Positions 26,701 to 39,315 of a stretch of DNA of 64,000 bases are shown here, in pieces (positions within the stretch are counted from its first letter, which is position 1; each line of letters starts with the position of its first letter). The stretch is from Antedon mediterranea (taxonomy: Eukaryota > Animalia > Echinodermata): assembly GCF_964355755.1 (NCBI RefSeq), contig NC_092672.1:23883237-23947236 (forward strand). The letters run 5' to 3'. The notes under the pieces are model-generated. The model ran no database searches and was not told where the DNA came from. It saw nothing but the letters and a program-made list of their open reading frames with translations. Both the position numbers and the translations under genes were made by a program.

Positions 26701-28886
26701 GTATATTTTTTGAAATAATTCGATGGTAATGATCTATATTTTCCAAACCTGTGCTAAATATTGGCCTACAGACCTTCATTCTTAGAATCAAATGTGGATG
26801 TTGTATTTGCAGTACCAAACATATTTTCAACAACTACTCGTACTAGATGTGCTCTCATCGGATTACCATCATTTTCCGAAACTTTGCACGTGCTGTCGTT
26901 TAGCTTATTAGAACAGTTGATCCACACATTAGAACTGTTTCTAGGGGGATTAAAACAATTCATAATTCAATATTAACTGTTAGTAATCAAAATTCTATAA
27001 ACAGTAATCAGTAATCTGTAATCAATAATCCGTAAATCAATAATCTGTAATCGGTAATCTGTAAACAGTAATCAATAATCTGTAATCGGTAATCTGTAAT
27101 CATTAATCAGCAATAAATAATTGGTATTCATTAATTTGGTAATCAGTAATTTGTAATCAGTAATTTCTAATCAATAATCTGTAACCAATAATCTGTAATC
27201 AGTAATACTCAATAATATTTAATCAATAATCTGTAATCATTTAACATAATGGTATTATTTTGTTACTTTGTCCTCTTTGCATAATATTTGATTATGCACC
27301 TGCAGCTGTTGAATTTAAATAAAAGAGCGATGAACAGACAGACAAATGGTTGGTGTCACATTACGAGACACTGTGATAAGAGAAGAGAAGAATGGCAGCC
27401 GAGAACCGGCAACATATTGAAGGGAAGACAAAAACGCAGATGGAGGGACGACACTATTTCTAATACAGTAAAAAAACTTTGGCTAGGCCAGCAAAGAACA
27501 GAAACGAATGGCAAAGGCTTGAGGAGGGCTACATCCGACAGTGTTATGATGGAGCCGAGGTAAGGTCATGCATTCTGTATTAGAAATGAAACATTTCTTT
27601 AGGTATGATAAGACATTTATTATTTGTGAGAAAAGCAATGATTCTAATTATTTGTGTTATTTATCAATAATACAAATGACTTACTGAAATTGAAATGTAT
27701 AGACAGATTTAACTCCGGTGGATTTCTGTGCCCATGTACACCAATAATCAACAATATTTGTCGATCTGCAGTTTAATGTTGGAGACGATGGTACGACTAA
27801 AGGATACAAAATATAGTAAGGTATATAACTATCTGTTATGTGGATTCTTATTACATGTAAGGAGTGGTTTTCAATAATAACAACTCTTATCTCAGTCTCC
27901 AACCATACAATAACAGACGAAAACAAATGTTTTAAATATATCATTAATCTGGGACGGTGCGGCCATACACGCCAATTGCCACATGCACCGCCGCAACATC
28001 TCTTTTTTATTAACGGTGATTTAATTAGATTCTAGGACTTCATAAAGGTAACATTCAAGATACACCTCGGTCCCGTTCATGATTACCCGTCAGTTCGCTT
28101 CATGGATCAATTATCGTTAACTTTGGCGGGATCAAATCATGTTTTCAAAACTATGTATGCCATTGACTAACTTACTACCAACTGTAAATGACGATTCTGA
28201 TTTATTTGTCGTTACTCTTCCATTTTGTTTTTCTACAAGTAAAAAGCATTCGATCCAATGTTGATAACCTGTCATGTTTAGGTTTGTTAAGGTAAGAATG
28301 GCTTCTGTATTTGAGATTACAGCAGTATTTTTTCCTGAATTAATAGGTACTTCGTCAACTTTCCATTCAATATCCGAGGCATTGTACGATGTTTTTGTTT
28401 GATCTAACGTACATGTGAAGTTCAGGGTGGAACCGGCCAACGAATATGGATCAACGGGCGTCAGTTTAAGTGCTGCAATAAAATAAAAAAATTTTATATT
28501 GCATATAAGTTGTGTCCGCACCCAACAATATTACTGTACAACAAAGAAAATAATGGTAACATTGTAAAGAACAACAGTGAAATAGTTATTTAAAAATTAT
28601 TTATTAAAGAAAAAAATTGAAAAAAGAAAGTTGTTAATTGTTTAACATTATAAAGAAGATTTATTAACCTATCATGCAAATATTTCTATTTTGAAACATA
28701 TGTGTATTATAAGAAGTAAGTTCCATCGTTTCCTCAGAATATAATTCTTAAGTTAAATAGTTAAAATAAACAAAATGATGGTGTCTACTTACATGATGTA
28801 GCTTTGAAAGCGCAGACAGTGGTCAAAATAATCCAAATCCGGAACGTACACAATGAAATGTTTAATGTGTAAGAGAGTTCTGCCAT
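14755..28886 (-). CDS. Class I cytokine receptor (gp130/Domeless-like); this allele is frameshifted in the membrane-proximal FN3 exon
   Basis: Phase-compatible exons 28886-28793 (signal peptide), 28472-28176 (Ig), 27796-27685 (C...WCTW), 26940-26774 (2 Cys), 26329-26181, [optional 25737-25684], 25487-25346 (YEFQVRSR...FSDWS), 24946-24625 (FN3, 16 nt too long), 15904-15774 (TM + WPEP Box1), 15252-14755 (tail with YFRL, YTPM, YWKL). Confidence 0.88.
15495..15740. mobile_element. Kolobok-family MITE in the last intron of the receptor
   Basis: TTAA at 15491-15494 and 15741-15744; left end AGATGTATTGTCCC identical to the large Kolobok TIR. Confidence 0.6.
16285..16676. repeat. ~195-bp tandem duplication in a receptor intron
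   Basis: ttcacatactaggctcatcttgcactgcaactgta...taagtgttgagca occurs twice back to back with few differences. Confidence 0.92.
17157..22377 (+). pseudogene. Kolobok DDE transposase, multi-exon, disrupted
   Basis: Motifs VVLLG|DGRMDSPEHSAQFCTYT, VTDAH, HSHDIWHAAK, IVNHFW, HHVVDEHQW...CSHGPL, GTAELENFH...YAAKR; frameshift near 20410 and in-frame TAA at ~22264. Confidence 0.9.
22555..23285 (-). pseudogene. KolX accessory protein (P2X7 C-terminal/ballast-like Cys-rich domain), disrupted
   Basis: WCVCNNCWQIQTENERVGC exon (to 23080), then exon 22810-22555 with HTAYRQYVL*PHGRLGIGIRIIPSC...PDAFGQYVGF; stops and a frameshift; 5' exons not resolved. Confidence 0.85.
25798..25875 (+). repeat. Short dispersed repeat (retroposon 3' tail), second copy at ~48168-48245
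   Basis: ctgatacc(t/c)acag...ttgtcatttttt(c)agtaatttgccttt followed by A-rich tail in both places. Confidence 0.6.
26980..27242. repeat. Degenerate 7-bp tandem repeat (AATCAGT/AATCTGT/AATCAAT)
   Basis: Direct reading. Confidence 0.85.
27300..27567 (+). mobile_element. 3' fragment of an RTE-clade LINE
   Basis: EWQPRTG..KGRQKRRWRDD C-terminal RTE motif. Confidence 0.7.
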
Positions 28887-29257
28887 CGTCTTTGGAACAA
28901 TAAAAAGCTAATGATAATTATACATAGTATTAACGTGATTGATCGAAATGAATTATCGGAATGATCGTTCTAAATGATAATCGTATGACGTCATCGAAGT
29001 ACACAAAATAAAATGAGAGGGTTAATTTAGTGTCAAAATCAAAACATTAAATCTAAGTGACCGGAAACATTCTTATTGAAAAGCAAATGTAACCTTTTTT
29101 ATGTAATATAACGGATATTGCCTTATTTTAAAGATATTTTATAACATTTGAGATCCTCGTTTAGTAGTCAATATATTTTCTCACCAGACTATAATTTCCA
29201 TAAGCGCTACGCAATTCGAGGAAATAAAATACGATTTCCTCGAAGGAGGATTTCATA

Positions 29258-30167
29258 TATTTTCCGGAGCTACAGCACTGGCACAAACACAATAAAATCA
29301 TTCACAGAGACAGTTCTTGGTTTACACTTCAGAAGTTTCTTGAAATCCTGCGATTACTACTCGAAGGTTCAATCCCACCCAACACAAGGTGACGTACCAA
29401 CATAACACATGCCATACACATGGCAAACAAGTATGTTTAAAAAAAACATGATCAAAAAGATACATTATACCGTAAAGGTAACGAAATTAAATAAACTATT
29501 GAGATTAAAATTAAAATCAAGTAAAATTGTCTTCTCTCAGACATAATTATATTAAAAAAACAAGTTAAGTGTCAAGCAAAATCAATACAGTTTAAACAAT
29601 CAAACATCTAAACAACCCACATGGGATGTTAGTGTAGGGGTTCCCAAGAGCCACTTAGAAATAAAGCCGTTACGGTCTGGCGGTTTAATTACACGTTTTG
29701 AACGTCGGGGACTTAAGGTTGGTTCTGAAGGTGTTTCTCCTGAGGAGTTATCATCATCAGTATGATCCATGGCAACTGCGACAGGACTGATATCATGCTC
29801 AGTTGAAGGAGAAGTTTCTGACGGTTCCACAGATGCATGGACAGAAGCAGGGTTGATAGATGGTGTTTCTTGTTGTTCTATGGATATTGCATCAACGGAT
29901 TCTGGTACTGCAGTTTCAGGGACATAAGGTTGAATAAGATCCACATCTTTCCAAATAACTGGTTAAAACTTAAGAAAAGACTAATCAGCACTTATCGTAG
30001 TCTTTCTTGAGAGTGATCCCTTCCTGGCTGAACAGCAAATCCTGGTCACGGCACCAAATGTAACAGGTTCGTACTACTAGCGTCGTAGCTTTATCGCGTA
30101 GTATTTTCCGGAGCTGCAGCACTGGCACAAACACACTAAAATCATTCACAGAGACAGTTCTTGGTTT
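29258..30167 (-). mobile_element. Internally deleted LTR retrotransposon remnant just upstream of the receptor
   Basis: 66-bp direct repeat 29258-29323/30102-30167; LTR end ...TGTTACA at 30059 followed by tRNA-His-type PBS TGGTGCCGTGACCAGGAT (30056-30039); integrase-tail-like SPRRSKRVIKPPDR in ORF 29600-29944. Confidence 0.75.
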
Positions 30168-30367
30168 GGAAAAGTTACATTCTTTTATTGAAGCTAGTCC
30201 CCAGATGGAAAGAGATATAACAAAAACAGTGTTACTATATTTAAAATAACATCAGTGATCGTATCATTAACGACAGTATGTATAGGCTACTATTGCGTTG
30301 TGTCTAGTATAACATCAAATAACTAATCAACTATGTTAACTGTAGTAAAACCATTCTCAAATTGTTG

Positions 30368-31310
30368 CTAACGTTTTCCGTCTTCCGACATTACGCTTTC
30401 CACAATTTGTTTCCATTTTTTCCTGTTTATGGCAGGATGGTTTGTTATTGAGTTAGTGTCTACTAGTCCTTGTAAGTCTTTCTTTATTTGATTCATCCAG
30501 TTATTTCTTGGTCTTCCTACGGGTCGTTTTACTTTCCTGTTAGTTTCCTTCATTGTTTGTTTGATTGGGGTATCATCCGGTAATCTAATTATGTATCCAT
30601 ACCATTTTAGTCTCTTTCGTTTAATTCTTTTACTCCATTCTTTTTGTTTTGTTATCTCGTATATTTTCGTGTTACACACTCTATCTGTTAATTTAATATC
30701 TATCATCTTTCGCCACATTTTCCTGTGATATATATCTATACTCTCTTGTAATTTTTTGTTTAGTACCCAGAGTTCACTGTTATATAAGAAAATACTTGCT
30801 ATGTATGCGTCAAACAAACGGGATTTCACGTCTATAGACATCGTTTTTTGTTCTAGCGACGGCTTCAGCTTGTTATATGCCATAGCTGCTAGTGATTTTC
30901 TTCTTTTAATGTCTTTTTCTGTGTCCAAGTTACTACCGAGGTATTTGCATTCTTCCCATTTACTATCGGTGTTTCTTCCTATTAGGTATTCTTCTGTTTT
31001 ACTTTCGTTTATCTTTAGATTGAATTCTGCTAATTTCTCTGTTACATTTTTCTTTATTTTAGTTATGTGTTCTTTTGAGTCGCTAATAAATGAAATGTCA
31101 TCTGCATACTGCATCTGGATATTAAGCTGTTGTAGGGGTAGTGGTCTTGTGTTTGCTGATTCGAGTGCCTTTGCTAGGTATAGTGTGAACAGTATCGGAG
31201 ACATACAGTCACCTTGTGGTACTCCTAGTGTAGTAGTAGACAATTTTCCTGTCTGTTTTCTAATTCGAACGCTTAATTTTACATTGTTTATCAAAACTTT
31301 CAAAATGTGA
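30368..31310 (-). mobile_element. 5'-truncated RTE-clade LINE with open RT C-terminal ORF (311 aa)
   Basis: GVPQGDCMSPILFTLYL, YADD, KYLGS, RLKWYGYIIRL, PVGRPRNNW. Confidence 0.92.
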
Positions 31311-31332
31311 AAAAAAAAAATATAGATGCTTA

Positions 31333-32170
31333 CCTAGTAACCAGTCGGAAGGAGATGAAAACCTTCACTTTGGGCTAGGCACTAGTAAGTGTCATCCATT
31401 CCCAGTTGGGTACTATGACAATTTTTAACCGATGGTACTGTATATACATTTACCATAACGTTATTTCGTAGTTTACAGACCGATTATATTGTAGGCCTAA
31501 CTCGAGTCATACACATGTAATTATCAATTTAAATTCGGTTACACAAGATAAGAAACTATTAAAAATGCAAATCAATTAACAAAATCCCTTGTCCATTTAT
31601 GAACTGACCCATACTGAAACATTATACACTAAATATTCATGACCATTTTCCCGCCACTTGGATGAGGTGACTCATCTATTTATAGCATGGTCACTTATCA
31701 TTCCAGCTTTAATGGGTCCCACAAGGTTTCTAAGATTCAAGTCAGATTCAGCAGATAAATCATTCAAGTATTTGGGTATAAGCATACCTGTTACCCTGTT
31801 ACATATATAAATAAAGAATAATCGTACGCCTCTTTAAGTTTAATTAGGTGTTTTTAGTTTGAACTTTCTAACCAATACTATGACAATCTAATGCGAGTGA
31901 TCGCTTGTGATTGGTCAAATCACCTTCGTTTCGCTTACGTACTTACGTTACGTCCAACAGGAGAACCAAGCTTTATTTTCACTGACGTATATTAAAATGT
32001 ATATCCTGTTCATAATGCAATCATGGTAATATGCTAGATAACTTTAACCCAATGTAAACACACTTCTAATTAAGATGTAAATTATCGTAAAAGGCGACAG
32101 AACCATTAGGATAATATTGTGTCATTTCGTTATCCGTGTACGTGAAGACCGTAAGCTTATTATAAATATG
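31333..32170 (-). pseudogene. Decayed exons of an unidentified gene
   Basis: Three splice-bounded, coding-like segments with in-frame stops (e.g. VTSSKWRENGHEYLVYNVSVW; PNWEWMTLTSA*PKVKVF). Confidence 0.3.
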
Positions 32171-32599
32171 AACAAATATATAGTATTTTAAAACCTGCTG
32201 TATGAGTAGTACCGTATCCGTGCCCTGCGTCTTGTTATGATCCACCACAATCCACGATTTTTGTATTGTCATGGATCAGTTGTTGTTGTTCGTGTGCGTT
32301 CTGCGTATTTGCATATAAGTGTCTTGCTGCTAGTTGTTTTTTGAGCATTGTGTTTGGCGCATTTGCATATAGGTGATGTTTTGTTTAACTACCTGGTTTT
32401 TCTGTCTGCGCGTCAGAAAAGCTTTTGTTGCAAACACAGGAAGATGTGATTTTCGTTACGGTGTTGTATATATTAGTATTAAGCCGTTGTTGAAGTTACT
32501 ATTCTAAGTAGTAAAAAGAATTATATTACACGATAGACGGATCATTGCCTGATAATTTATTATAGGAAATTGCATGCATACTAAATAAAGCTGGCTTGA

Positions 32600-34188
32600 C
32601 TGTGTGATAATGGCCGTTTTGATTTTTTGGGTGTTACATTTGACTTAGAAATAAGCAAAATGACTAAAATAAATGTTGAAGAGAAAACGGGTAAAATTAG
32701 GTCTACTATCAATGTGTGGCGTAAGAGAAATCTTACTGTGTTGGGAAGATTAACTGTGTTAAAATCTCTAATATTATCAAAACTTAATTATATTTTTACA
32801 ATGTTGCCAAACCCTACTACAGCTTGTCTAAGTGAACTTAATATGATGTTTTTTTTTAATTTTATCTGGAAGGGAAAGGATAAAGTCAAAAGATATAAGC
32901 TAATTAGAGAGTATAAGGATGGCGGAATTAACATGATTAATATCTTCAGTTTAAGTAAAGGCAGTAAAGATTAGTTGGATGCGAAGAATTCGTAACACTG
33001 GAATTCTCAATGTAGTTTTCAACAAAATATGCCATGGTAAAAAAAACTGAATCAATCTTTGAATACGGCTCATGCATGATTTCAGAGACTGTCGAAAAAT
33101 ATGAACAATTTGTTCTGGAGAGATGTTCTCCATTCATGGTCCGAGTTTATTGCTATTCATAATTCAACAGCATCTGCAAACTATAACGTACTAAAAGAAC
33201 CAATATGGTTGAATGATTTGATTCTAATCAATAACTTTCCAATTTTTTACACCAATTATTATGAGTGTGGCGTAAGGTTCATAAATGATTTAATCTCGGA
33301 TAGAGGAACCTAGCTTAGTTATGAAAACTTCAAAACAACCTACCTATAAGGTGAAAAAACATTATTTCCTTAAATACTATGGATTAATTGATGCAATTAT
33401 AACTTAATACCCTTCTTTGGGTACAGAAATAAATACTAAATTACAAAACCCCATAAATTTAACCCATACTTGAAACCATAACCAAACCCCAAACAGGATG
33501 TAAGCTTTTTATAGTAAGTTTATTCAAAACAAAGACTTTAACTGTAAAGCTAAACAAAAGTGGGGTAAAATCTTAAATGTTGAATTCTCGGAACATGAAT
33601 GGGAAGAAATTAATGTTTAATTAACTTTTAATATGACCGACAACGTAAAATTACGATGATTATTAAGTACATCGACGAAGACAACTGCTCCCTTTGTAAC
33701 ATTAGAAGAGAAACAGTTTATCATTTATTCTGTAAATGTAATATCAGTAGATGAATAAGCAATTTCTTTTTTCAATGGTGTTCTCGAAATCGTTATATTC
33801 GTATACGTGTATCGGAAAGTGAACTGCTTTTTACTAATACACCATCCAATAGGATTAATTTACTTATTGTCAATACTAAAGTTGTATATATATGAGTAAG
33901 TTTTCGGGCCTCCTCACACCCACCGGCCTCATAAGCTTTGTAAAATATTACTTTACAATTAAAAAGTTTAGATGTTTGATTAATAATAGAGCTGAATAAT
34001 GGGAAGAGTGGAGTGCCTGGGATAATATTCTGTAACATAGATTTTTATCGCTCTATTCTAACTTTTTTATAAGGTGTTTATATAGGAGAATTGATTTTGT
34101 ATAATTTTTCTATTTTTACTCTTGTCTGCTTTTTTTTGTATTTCAATGTATTAAAGAAAGATTGAAAATAAAATAATAAAAAAAAAAC
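32600..34188 (+). mobile_element. Degenerate 5'-truncated Tx1/L1 LINE
   Basis: LGVTF...WRKRNLTVLGRLTVLKSLILSK, FIWKGK, GGINM, FWRDVLHSW, EPIWLN, C-x2-C..E...HLF..C knuckle remnant, poly(A) at ~34166-34188. Confidence 0.9.
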
Positions 34189-34579
34189 TTAAATAAAGCA
34201 AATAATGTTCTCAAATCTTTACTTCAATTTATAGAGAAATGGTTGATTGCTGTACGATCTTTCGTTCTTAGTTAGTAAATACATCATTCAAGTTGATCCA
34301 GGTATTAATCATTTCTAATGACGTTTAGTTGATTGTATTGTTCTTAATGATAACCAGTTTGTACACAGTGTGTAAGTATAGTGGTAATACAGTGGTAAAG
34401 TGAAGTTATAAACTGACTGTTATTGAAACTATGTAACGCTTGTTTGTATATTTGCAGGGCTTTTTCCTTCGTTCTCTTTATTTTCCGAGTAACGTTGATT
34501 CGTACACAATAAATGGTAGCCTATGGTAGCGGCAATCAACAACTTGTTGTCTTTCTGTTGGTCTTGATATTGCATTCAT

Positions 34580-34800
34580 TAATCAGCGGGGTTGGTGAAA
34601 TCTGTCCATAATAGGTTACTTTTCTGTCCATAATAGGTTACTTTCTGTCCATAATATGGACTAGAGGGCGCTGTTGTTTGTCCATAATAGGTGACTTTCA
34701 TAATTGGCTGTCCAAAATAGGTGACTTTTTGTCCACAATAGGCGAGTTTATTGGAGTAGTGCGCCATCCATTGTGTTGTCCATAATAGGTGATTTTTTGG
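34580..34800. repeat. TGTCCATAATAGGT(T/G)AC sub-terminal repeat array of a DNA-transposon-like left end (second copy 37466-37686)
   Basis: About 8 units following ttaatcagcggggttggtgaaatc. Confidence 0.65.
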
Positions 34801-35054
34801 CGTACTCGTACGTACGTAGTTTATTTCGCGAGTAGAAGTAATAAATACTAATAGGAGGCCTAATTAGTATAAACATTTAAGTCTTTCTAGCCTAGGCCTA
34901 GGCTAGTCCTGTTAGTTAGGCTACCTCTATAGATAGGCCTACTAGTACTACTAGCCTAGGCCTAGTCCATTTGTTATTGTCCACTAATAATAATGAAAAT
35001 TTATTCAGCAACAAATAATTTAATTTGAACCTCATTTTAGGTTTGTACGGAAGC

Positions 35055-35590
35055 GTTAAAGTGCCATTCACTTGGCGACTTGTCGAGATATTTTATCTTG
35101 CCAAGTCGACATAAATATGACTATTATGTCGACATAGTAACCATTATATGTCTACATGGCGAGATAGTTTATCTTGCCAAGTTGACTTCCTAATAACTAC
35201 ATGTCGACTAGACTAGATAGATTAACTTGCCAAGTTGACTATACTTCGACACTTGGAGCGTCCAAGTGCCATCCATTTGGCGACTTGTCGAGATAATTTA
35301 TCTTGTCAAGTCGACATAAATATGGCTATTATGTCGACATAATAACCATATGTGGACATGACGAGATACATTATCTTGCCAAGTTGATTTTCTCATAAAT
35401 ACATGTCGACATGACGACATCTAGATTATCTTGCCAAGTTGACTTTTCCAAAGAGTTTATGTCGACATGACATGCTAGACTATCTTGCTAAGTTGACTTC
35501 ACACAAGAGTGTATAACGACATAGGTATAGAAACAACAGCAGAATAAAGATACGTTGCCGCCAAGCAGAACATGTCTTGGCAAGTTGATG
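35055..35590. repeat. Array of alternating palindromes CTTG(C)CAAG and GTCGAC with ~205-bp higher-order duplication (second copy 37941-38476)
   Basis: Repeated tatcttgccaagt(c/t)gac...atgtcgacat. Confidence 0.8.
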
Positions 35591-35649
35591 CTCAACGCGC
35601 GACACACGTGGGAAAATCTTTTTACTCGCCACCACATAGACAACAAACC

Positions 35650-36429
35650 ATGATAGAAGGTGAAGACATCCCGGTCCTTGTGCATTTTGGCCAGCATGCC
35701 AAAAAAATGTTTGTAAAAAAAAGTAGTGGGAAAATGGAGATATTGGAGAAATGTGCTGAGGTACGTAAGGAAAAATTTAAGCGTCTTTTGTTGCTTATTC
35801 TTGATTATGTTTTGTTTTGTTATTTGCAATTTCTCACTTAACTAGGCCTAGGCTATACTCTATCTCTCCTGGGTGACCCTATCCTCCCAAGTCTAACTGA
35901 AAACAACTTTAAACAACCGTAGGCCACCTTCTGTGTACCATGGCTAGCTTGCCCTGTACTTTATTGTTTGTACTGATTTCCTATTATTAATAAAGATACT
36001 GTATTATTCATTTTTTTCTTCTTCTGGTTACCCAAATTAAATGTTCATGGTAACATAAACAATCATACAGTCAATCAAGGGGAAGAGGGCTAATACATTA
36101 GTAAATTGATGCAATTCATTCATTTAAATCACAACTGGCAGTTACTGAGTTAGTAAAACTGAATTGCATATGATGTACAATTGATAACATGTAAACAGGG
36201 TTATATAGATAAATGGGGAAAGAAATCAAATTAACAGCCAAATCAAAAGTTGTTGGGTAACAATTATTTAATTATTAATATTATTTTCATTTATTTTATG
36301 TTTTTATTTCAGTTATTTCCTGAGACAGAAAGCTTTTTTCTTCACATTTTTGATGATGAGTTTGAAGAATGGGTTGATATAGGTGACACAACCTTAATTG
36401 TCAAAAAGACAGTCCTGAAAATGTTTGAA
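35650..36429 (+). pseudogene. Truncated copy of exons 1-2 of the PB1/Ubl-like-RING gene
   Basis: Exon 35650-35760 and exon 36313-36429, broken just before its donor site. Confidence 0.6.
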
Positions 36430-37391
36430 CACAGCTGTTTCAAACATACGAATTAAGTCATGCGCCCTCAACGTTACAAGTCGTATCGCTGGAGTAACAA
36501 TACATAAACAATTACTTACAAATCCACGTGTGCAGAGTGGAGTCAAACGTCATTTAAAGACATGTTTTAAACAGCCAATGAGAATGAGATAAAAAAAATA
36601 AAGGGTCGCTAAAAATATGAATATTCATTAAAGAGTCCCTGGATGAAACAAGCATGTTGTCGTTTTGTTTTTAACAAGGAATGTAACACTGAAAATTAAT
36701 GGAAGGGTGGACCATAAATTACAAGCATAGACCAATTTACGCACGTGAGTGACATTTCCAAATTAGGTTTATGTTTGTTTGTCCGTATCTTTAAAAAATG
36801 TAATTTTCACTCTAATTCTTTGGTACTGCATGATAATTTAGTTATCTGTGAATGTTATAACATAGTAATGGTCGAGAGGTGATGGTTGAATTTTTAGCTA
36901 TGGCCGTTTCAAATTGTGTCATTTTTAGGCTTAGGCTTGTGTCTACTCTAGTTGCAACACTGCCTTTCATGTGACAGCTGACCCAAATGAGTTTGGAAAT
37001 GTTACATTATTTTAATTATTTAGGCCTGGCTGGGTAAGGTAGGCATACACCAATATTATAGGCCCTATTTTTATTTTAATACTAGGCCTAGGCCCTTGCT
37101 AGACCTGTGTTCTCTAGCAGCCTACTACAGAGAAGCAGCTTTCCGGCTTAGTTAGCCTGGCCTTGAGTAGGCTAGCCTACTAGCCTAATAGGTATTAGTA
37201 GGCTACCTAATTAAAATTAGGCCCAGGATCTACGCCTAGGCCTATATATTTTTAATATTATTTAATCATTATAATTAATTTTAGTTTTATTAAATTTACA
37301 GTATTCATTACAAAAACTGTAAATTTAATATTATGAGGATTATATATACCCTATGTAACATGTATGCAATAGGGAATATTATACACAATAA

Positions 37392-39315
37392 ACAATAAAT
37401 GGTAGCCTATGGTAGCGGCAATCAACAACTTGTTGTCTTTCTGTTGGTCTTGATATTGCATTCATTAATCAGCGGGGTTGGTGAAATCTGTCCATAATAG
37501 GTTACTTTTCTGTCCATAATAGGTTACTTTCTGTCCATAATATGGACTAGAGGGCGCTGTTGTTTGTCCATAATAGGTGACTTTCATAATTGGCTGTCCA
37601 AAATAGGTGACTTTTTGTCCACAATAGGCGAGTTTATTGGAGTAGTGCGCCATCCATTGTGTTGTCCATAATAGGTGATTTTTTGGCGTACTCGTACGTA
37701 CGTAGTTTATTTCGCGAGTAGAAGTAATAAATACTAATAGGAGGCCTAATTAGTATAAACATTTAAGTCTTTCTAGCCTAGGCCTAGGCTAGTCCTGTTA
37801 GTTAGGCTACCTCTATAGATAGGCCTACTAGTACTACTAGCCTAGGCCTAGTCCATTTGTTATTGTCCACTAATAATAATGAAAATTTATTCAGCAACAA
37901 ATAATTTAATTTGAACCTCATTTTAGGTTTGTACGGAAGCGTTAAAGTGCCATTCACTTGGCGACTTGTCGAGATATTTTATCTTGCCAAGTCGACATAA
38001 ATATGACTATTATGTCGACATAGTAACCATTATATGTCTACATGGCGAGATAGTTTATCTTGCCAAGTTGACTTCCTAATAACTACATGTCGACTAGACT
38101 AGATAGATTAACTTGCCAAGTTGACTATACTTCGACACTTGGAGCGTCCAAGTGCCATCCATTTGGCGACTTGTCGAGATAATTTATCTTGTCAAGTCGA
38201 CATAAATATGGCTATTATGTCGACATAATAACCATATGTGGACATGACGAGATACATTATCTTGCCAAGTTGATTTCCTCATAAATACATGTCGACATGA
38301 CGACATCTAGATTATCTTGCCAAGTTGACTTTTCCAAAGAGTTTATGTCGACATGACATGCTAGACTATCTTGCTAAGTTGACTTCACACAAGAGTGTAT
38401 ATCGACATAGGTATAGAAACAACAGCAGAATAAAGATACGTTGCCGCCAAGCAGAACATGTCTTGGCAAGTTGATGCTCAACGCGCGACACACGTGGGAA
38501 AATCTTTTTACTCGCCACCACATAGACAGCAAACCATGATGGAAGGTGAAGACATCCCGGTCCTTGTGCATTTTGGCCAGCATGCCAAAAAAATGTTTGT
38601 AAAAAAAAGTAGTGGGAAAATGGAGATATTGGAGAAATGTGCTGAGGTACGTAAGGAAAAATTTAAGCGTCTTTTGTTGCTTATTCTTGATTATGTTTTG
38701 TTTTGTTATTTGCAATTTCTCACTTAACTAGGCCTAGGCTATACTCTATCTCTCCTGGGTGACCTTATCCTCCCAAGTCTAACTGAAAACAACTTTAAAC
38801 AACCGTAGGCCACCTTCTGTGTACCATGGCTAGCTTGCCCTGTACTTTATTGTTTGTACTGATTTCCTATTATTAATAGAGATACTGTATTATTCATTTT
38901 TTTCATCTTCTGGTTACCCAAATTAAATTTTCATGGTAACATAAACAATCATACAGTCAATCAAGGAGAAGAGAGCTAATACATTAGTAAATTGATGCAA
39001 TTCATTCATTTAAATCACAACTGGCAGTTACTGAGTTAGTAAAACTGAATTGCATATGATGTACAATTGATAACATGTAAACAGGGTTATATAGATAAAT
39101 GGAGAAAGAAATAAAATTAACAGCCAAATCAAAAGTTGTTGGGTAACAATTATTTAATTATTAATATTATTTTCATTTATTTTATGTTTTTATTTCAGTT
39201 ATTTCCTGAGACAGAAAGCTTTTTTCTTCAAATTTTTGATGATGAGTTTGAAGAATGGGTTGATATAGGTGACACAACCTTAATTGTCAAAAAGACAGTC
39301 CTGAAAATGTTTGAA
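37392..39315 (+). repeat. Copy 2 of the 1.92-kb duplication
   Basis: Matches 34506-36429. Confidence 0.97.

Larger units (their letters stand above)
34506..36429 (+). repeat. Copy 1 of a 1.92-kb near-identical direct duplication (offset 2886)
   Basis: Matches 37392-39315 with scattered substitutions; the ORF track repeats accordingly. Confidence 0.97.

Noticed and set aside
30756-31310. 184-aa plus-strand ORF
   Set aside because: Antisense shadow of the RTE RT
32267-32560. Possible solo LTR with two ATTTGCAT octamers
   Set aside because: Could not define a TG...CA pair with TSD
35055-35590. Palindrome array as CRISPR or attC-like cassette array
   Set aside because: Intervening sequences are themselves related repeats; better explained as sub-terminal transposon repeats
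36728-37390. Academ-like left end TAGACCAATTT in the spacer between the duplicated units
   Set aside because: No partner end or coding remnant visible; too weak to call
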